Shown: piece after piece, positions 60,394-64,000 of the stretch | Position numbering within the stretch: the first letter of the stretch is position 1 | Layout: each line of letters begins with the position of its first letter | Source of the DNA: Xylographa opegraphella | Lineage: Eukaryota | DNA length: 64,000 nucleotides | Assembly: GCA_022813865.1 (NCBI GenBank) | Contig: JALDZX010000054.1 | Location: 1-64,000, forward strand | Direction of reading: 5' to 3' | Notes under the pieces: model-generated | What the model was told of the DNA's origin: nothing | Databases searched by the model: none | The model's input: the letters and a program-made list of their open reading frames with translations, nothing else | Translations under genes and position numbers: made by a program

Positions 60394-61626
60394 ATGTTCG
60401 GCGTTTTACGCCCCAATTCCCCGGAGCGGGTACCCATCTCGCCGGAGGAGTCGCCCCCGCCGCCGATGAGTATGGCTGCGCCGCCGCCAGGCGAGTACAG
60501 CAGTCGCGAGGAGCTTCTCGAGTTCATGAAAGACTGGGCGGAGAGCCAGGGCTACGCCGTCGTCATCGGGCGTTCTCGGGTGAATCGTCTGTGGATCAAG
60601 TGTGATCGCGGCGGGAAGTACGAAGACAAGCATGCGGACCATCCTGAGAACCGGAAGCGGAAGCGCGGGGAGTCGCGCTTAACGGATTGCCCGTTCAAGG
60701 TGCAGGCGAACGTGAAGAAGGATGGCATCTGGCGCAGTCGCACGGAGAATGCGGAGCATAACCATGGGCCCTCGGAGGACCTGAGTGTCCACCCCAGTTT
60801 GAGGCGCATGAGCGATGAGCAGGTGCAGAAGGTCAATGAGATGACTGAGGCGGGGAACACGCCGGTCGAGACGCTGGAGGAGCTGCAGAGGCTTTGGCCT
60901 GGCATCAAGGTTCTGAGACGGGACATATACAATGCGAGGAAGAAGTACAAGACGGAGAAGGAGCTGGCGGAGATCGCGCAAGGCTTACACATGCCCCAAG
61001 CGTTCCAGGATCCCAATGGCGTCATGCCTGGTCCCACACGCAACGGACGCTGGGAGTGGCTCGAGGAAGGCGACGAAATCCGGAGGAAGAAGAAGAAAAA
61101 GCCTTCGCTGCCGCCGCAATCGCTTCTCGCGCCGGAGTTGAGGGACAGCAGTGTTCCTGCTCCTGCCACCCGCCGTCAGGCTGCCACCCTCGGCAACTTA
61201 CCACCCAAACCCTTTTCACCCGCCCAGCCCGTTCCTGCGCAGCAGCAGCAGCAACAGCAACAACAACGCACTTCGTCTTCGATCCGGTCTCAGGAAGCCA
61301 GCTTGATACCGAACGGAGGTCTCGTCCCGTCGAATTCGCCGATGCGCTTCCGCAGCAACAACGGCGCGGCTTCGTATTCTCTCCTGTCCGATCCTTCCCT
61401 GCAGCAGCCCCTTTCCGAGGAGCCGAGCGCACGTGGTGCACCCCAGCGACACGCGGCACCTGTCGAGGCGGTGGCGTCCACGAGCGGCGGGGCGCCGGGA
61501 GCACCGAAGACGGCACCCAGCGGGCAGGTATTGATGTCGCGGATCGAGCGGATGGAGAAGGAGCAGAGGGACCAGAAGAACATGCTTGCGCAGATCCTGG
61601 GCGCGGTCCAAGGGATGGGTCGGTAG
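60394..61626 (+). CDS. FAR1/WRKY-GCM1-type (Mutator-transposase-derived) DNA-binding domain protein lacking a transposase catalytic domain
   Basis: YSSREELLEFMKDWAESQGYAVVIGRS..IKCDRGGKY..SRLTDCPFKV..W..EHNH followed by a helix-turn-helix-like region (RDIYNARKK), a basic NLS, poly-Q and a C-terminal coiled coil. Confidence 0.78.
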   Translation: MFGVLRPNSPERVPISPEESPPPPMSMAAPPPGEYSSREELLEFMKDWAESQGYAVVIGRSRVNRLWIKCDRGGKYEDKHADHPENRKRKRGESRLTDCPFKVQANVKKDGIWRSRTENAEHNHGPSEDLSVHPSLRRMSDEQVQKVNEMTEAGNTPVETLEELQRLWPGIKVLRRDIYNARKKYKTEKELAEIAQGLHMPQAFQDPNGVMPGPTRNGRWEWLEEGDEIRRKKKKKPSLPPQSLLAPELRDSSVPAPATRRQAATLGNLPPKPFSPAQPVPAQQQQQQQQQRTSSSIRSQEASLIPNGGLVPSNSPMRFRSNNGAASYSLLSDPSLQQPLSEEPSARGAPQRHAAPVEAVASTSGGAPGAPKTAPSGQVLMSRIERMEKEQRDQKNMLAQILGAVQGMGR

Positions 61627-62586
61627 GCTTGGTGATGGCGTTTGTATTCGAGCCGATCGAGGTTCAATGGTAAGGTCGAGGATCGAGGCTACGTTACCCA
61701 CTTCAGAGGTCTTGATCCAAGAGCACGTGGTGGCGTTTGGGGAGAGCTCTGCAGCTGCGATGCTGCAGTGTTCAGCTTCTTCCAGCTCTGCTGGCTTACA
61801 TGTGATACCCGGCTTTCTTCTGCATGAGATATCCAGCAAACTTGGCATACCCACACACTTTAACTTGAGACCTGCATGGCTGGTCCTCGTGCTCGTTGAT
61901 GACACCCCCTGAGATCATCACTGTCACCAATATACTTCGACCCCATATCCAAGAATGATTCCATCAGTGCTGTCCATGACCATCACATCGCCATACTTCT
62001 CTTCTCTTCTACCAGTACTCCGTACTCCGTAGAGTCGTTCGCTCCACCGGCTTCTGATTGCTGGAACCACTGCATCCCACAGTCGAACACCATGACGCCG
62101 CACACCACCATGTGCATTTGTCCGATTGTTTAAAAATGGACGCCTGACGCGCTTCTGGCATTAGTTCCCGGCGAAGTGGCTGGTTTTCTGCACGACTTAG
62201 GGGGGTTCGAGCCCCTTTACCCCCAGGGGGGTGTTGATTGAGACCTTTTGATGGTGTTCATCTCGCGTTTTAGCCCTTTTAGGGGGGTCAGGCGACGTCA
62301 TCATACGTCCAGCTGGCGAAAGGCTAAACCTTGTGGCCGAGGGGGCCCGATACAGTCTAGCGCGCTACCGTGTAATCTTCAAACGCCAACAAAACCGGTG
62401 TGAGGAAAACGCCCCTTCGAGAAAACTAAAAGTATCCTGTTGCTGTTGTCCCAGTGTCCACGCTCGTTCGATCGTATCACCCAACACTCAAGGCACAACA
62501 ACACCCGCTCATGCGCTTCCGACATCTGGTCTTAACCTGATTCAGGCTGTCTTCGTCGCTCGTTCCGTCTCTGTTCAATCGCTGCC

Positions 62587-64000
62587 ATGGTGTCCTTTTC
62601 CTGCGAGGTACTAATCTTCTCTCCTTTCCCCAATCACTCCCCGCCATACCCCTCGGTCGGACACGCTTGCAGCATTGGGAGCAAGACTAACATGGCGGTC
62701 CTGACGCAGAGCTGTGGTGATGTTCTGACCAAGAAGAAACTCGACTCGCACCGAGGCCAATGTCGCGGCGCATCTTTTACGTGTTTGGATTGCATGACCC
62801 ATTTCTACGGCTCCGACTACAAAGCCCATACCGTACGTCCTCTCCGCCACGACGCATGACTTCTTCCACCACTTCTCGCACCTGTCGTTTGTCGGTCTTG
62901 CTGATGTTTCTCGAACCAGTCTTGCATTTCCGAGGCGCAGAAGTACCAAGGAGCATTATACAAGGAAAAGCCAGCCAAAGCGAAGAAGTCTGTCACGATA
63001 TCGGAATCTACCTCCCTCGTCCCTCGGAAAGCATACGTCGAAGATGCGCCAGACGCAGACTACGACAACGCTGTCGCACGCACCAATGCTCCTCCCCCAG
63101 CTCCCAGTCCCCCATCGGCAGTCCCCGCACAGCCTGTCAACGTTTTCGACTTCCTCGTCGCAGACGAAACCCCCAATGCCTCTAAAGTCTCCCTCGGTGG
63201 CTCACACGAGCAAATGCGCATGGTAGACGACGCGCCGCCGGTCTTTGAACCCAGCCGACATTCAGTACACGAACTCAACGCCTCGCACGAACAACACCTC
63301 GATTACGAAAATGGCTATGCCTCCAATGGCTACTCCTACGGCGCGACTCCTATACCCACTTTTCAAACTCCTGCCCCCAAGCAGCAGCACCGACACACCT
63401 CGTCCCGAGACTCCATCTACGAGCTCGGTCCGGCCTCCCACCGGAAATCCACCGACAAAAAACGCAAGCGCCAAGTCGAAGACCTCGACCTCACCCAAGC
63501 GCGACTCCCCTCTCAAGAGCTTGACGAAGTCATGCTTGACGCCGACTCCTCCGCGCCCGCGCCCGTCCTCCACTCCGGCCTCACGGGTGGCCTGAACCGC
63601 ATGCTCTCCAAACACAAGTTTCCCCCCTCTCCGGACTACTCCGGCGGCGACGCCCCCGACCCGAGCCCTCTTTCCCCTGTCAAGCGCTCCAAGCCCCTTG
63701 CAGAAAAAGGCCGTCCTGCCATCACTACCACCACCTCCGACCGTGGCCGCCCCGCACACTCCCCTGCCCTCGTCCGAGCCCGCAAACCACGCCGGTCGTC
63801 GGACGAGTCCCGCCCGCGCAAGCACCACCGCTCCCACCACACCGAGCACCGCAGCGAGCGCGCCCACTCGGAGCGTCCGAAGCGAGCGCTCAAAAGCATC
63901 GAATACCCGGGCCACGGCGCGCACGCCCACTCTTCCAACGGCCACGTGGATGACAAGGATCACCACCACCAGCAGCTCGTCGTGTACCGCACCCGGGCGG
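62587..64000 (+). CDS. LYAR-type C2HC zinc-finger nucleolar protein (3' end outside window); introns ~62608-62709 and 62833-62919
   Basis: Spliced MVSFSCE/SCGDVLTKKKLDSHRGQCRGASFTCLDCMTHFYGSDYKAHT/SCISEAQKYQGALYKEK. The frame stays open to the window end. Confidence 0.88.

Noticed and set aside
62190..62230. tRNA-like T-arm (ggggttcgagcccc) and ttaggggg motifs
   Set aside because: No matching acceptor stem, D-arm or anticodon arm, and not tandem telomeric repeats.

Overview
Intron-rich filamentous ascomycete (Pezizomycotina-type) nuclear DNA with about 17 protein-coding genes. Most are conserved housekeeping or regulatory loci: a DH-BAR-SH3 RhoGEF, NFX1/FAP1, ATP11, a peroxisomal 4CL-like acyl-CoA ligase, a Pho80/Pcl cyclin, proteasome beta1, BEM46, a PTH11-like membrane protein, velB, cyp15/PPWD1, an F-box protein, a CSC1/OSCA channel, CCT2, IRE1, a FAR1-domain protein and a LYAR-type zinc-finger gene that runs off the window. 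Two accessory-looking regions stand out. (1) 49.1-53.1 kb holds a divergent two-gene unit that the ORF track misses because of short exons: a 77-aa secreted prepropeptide (signal peptide, KR/RR dibasic sites, a CCCC run) and a six-exon DUF3328/UstYa-type oxidase with both HXXHC motifs. This is a candidate dikaritin-like RiPP or secreted-peptide modification system with an atypical, non-tandem-repeat, tetracysteine precursor. (2) 22-27.5 kb holds an orphan acidic ORF with internal repeats embedded among several unrelated minisatellite families. All exon structures were inferred by eye from splice signals and frame continuity; no database searches were run.
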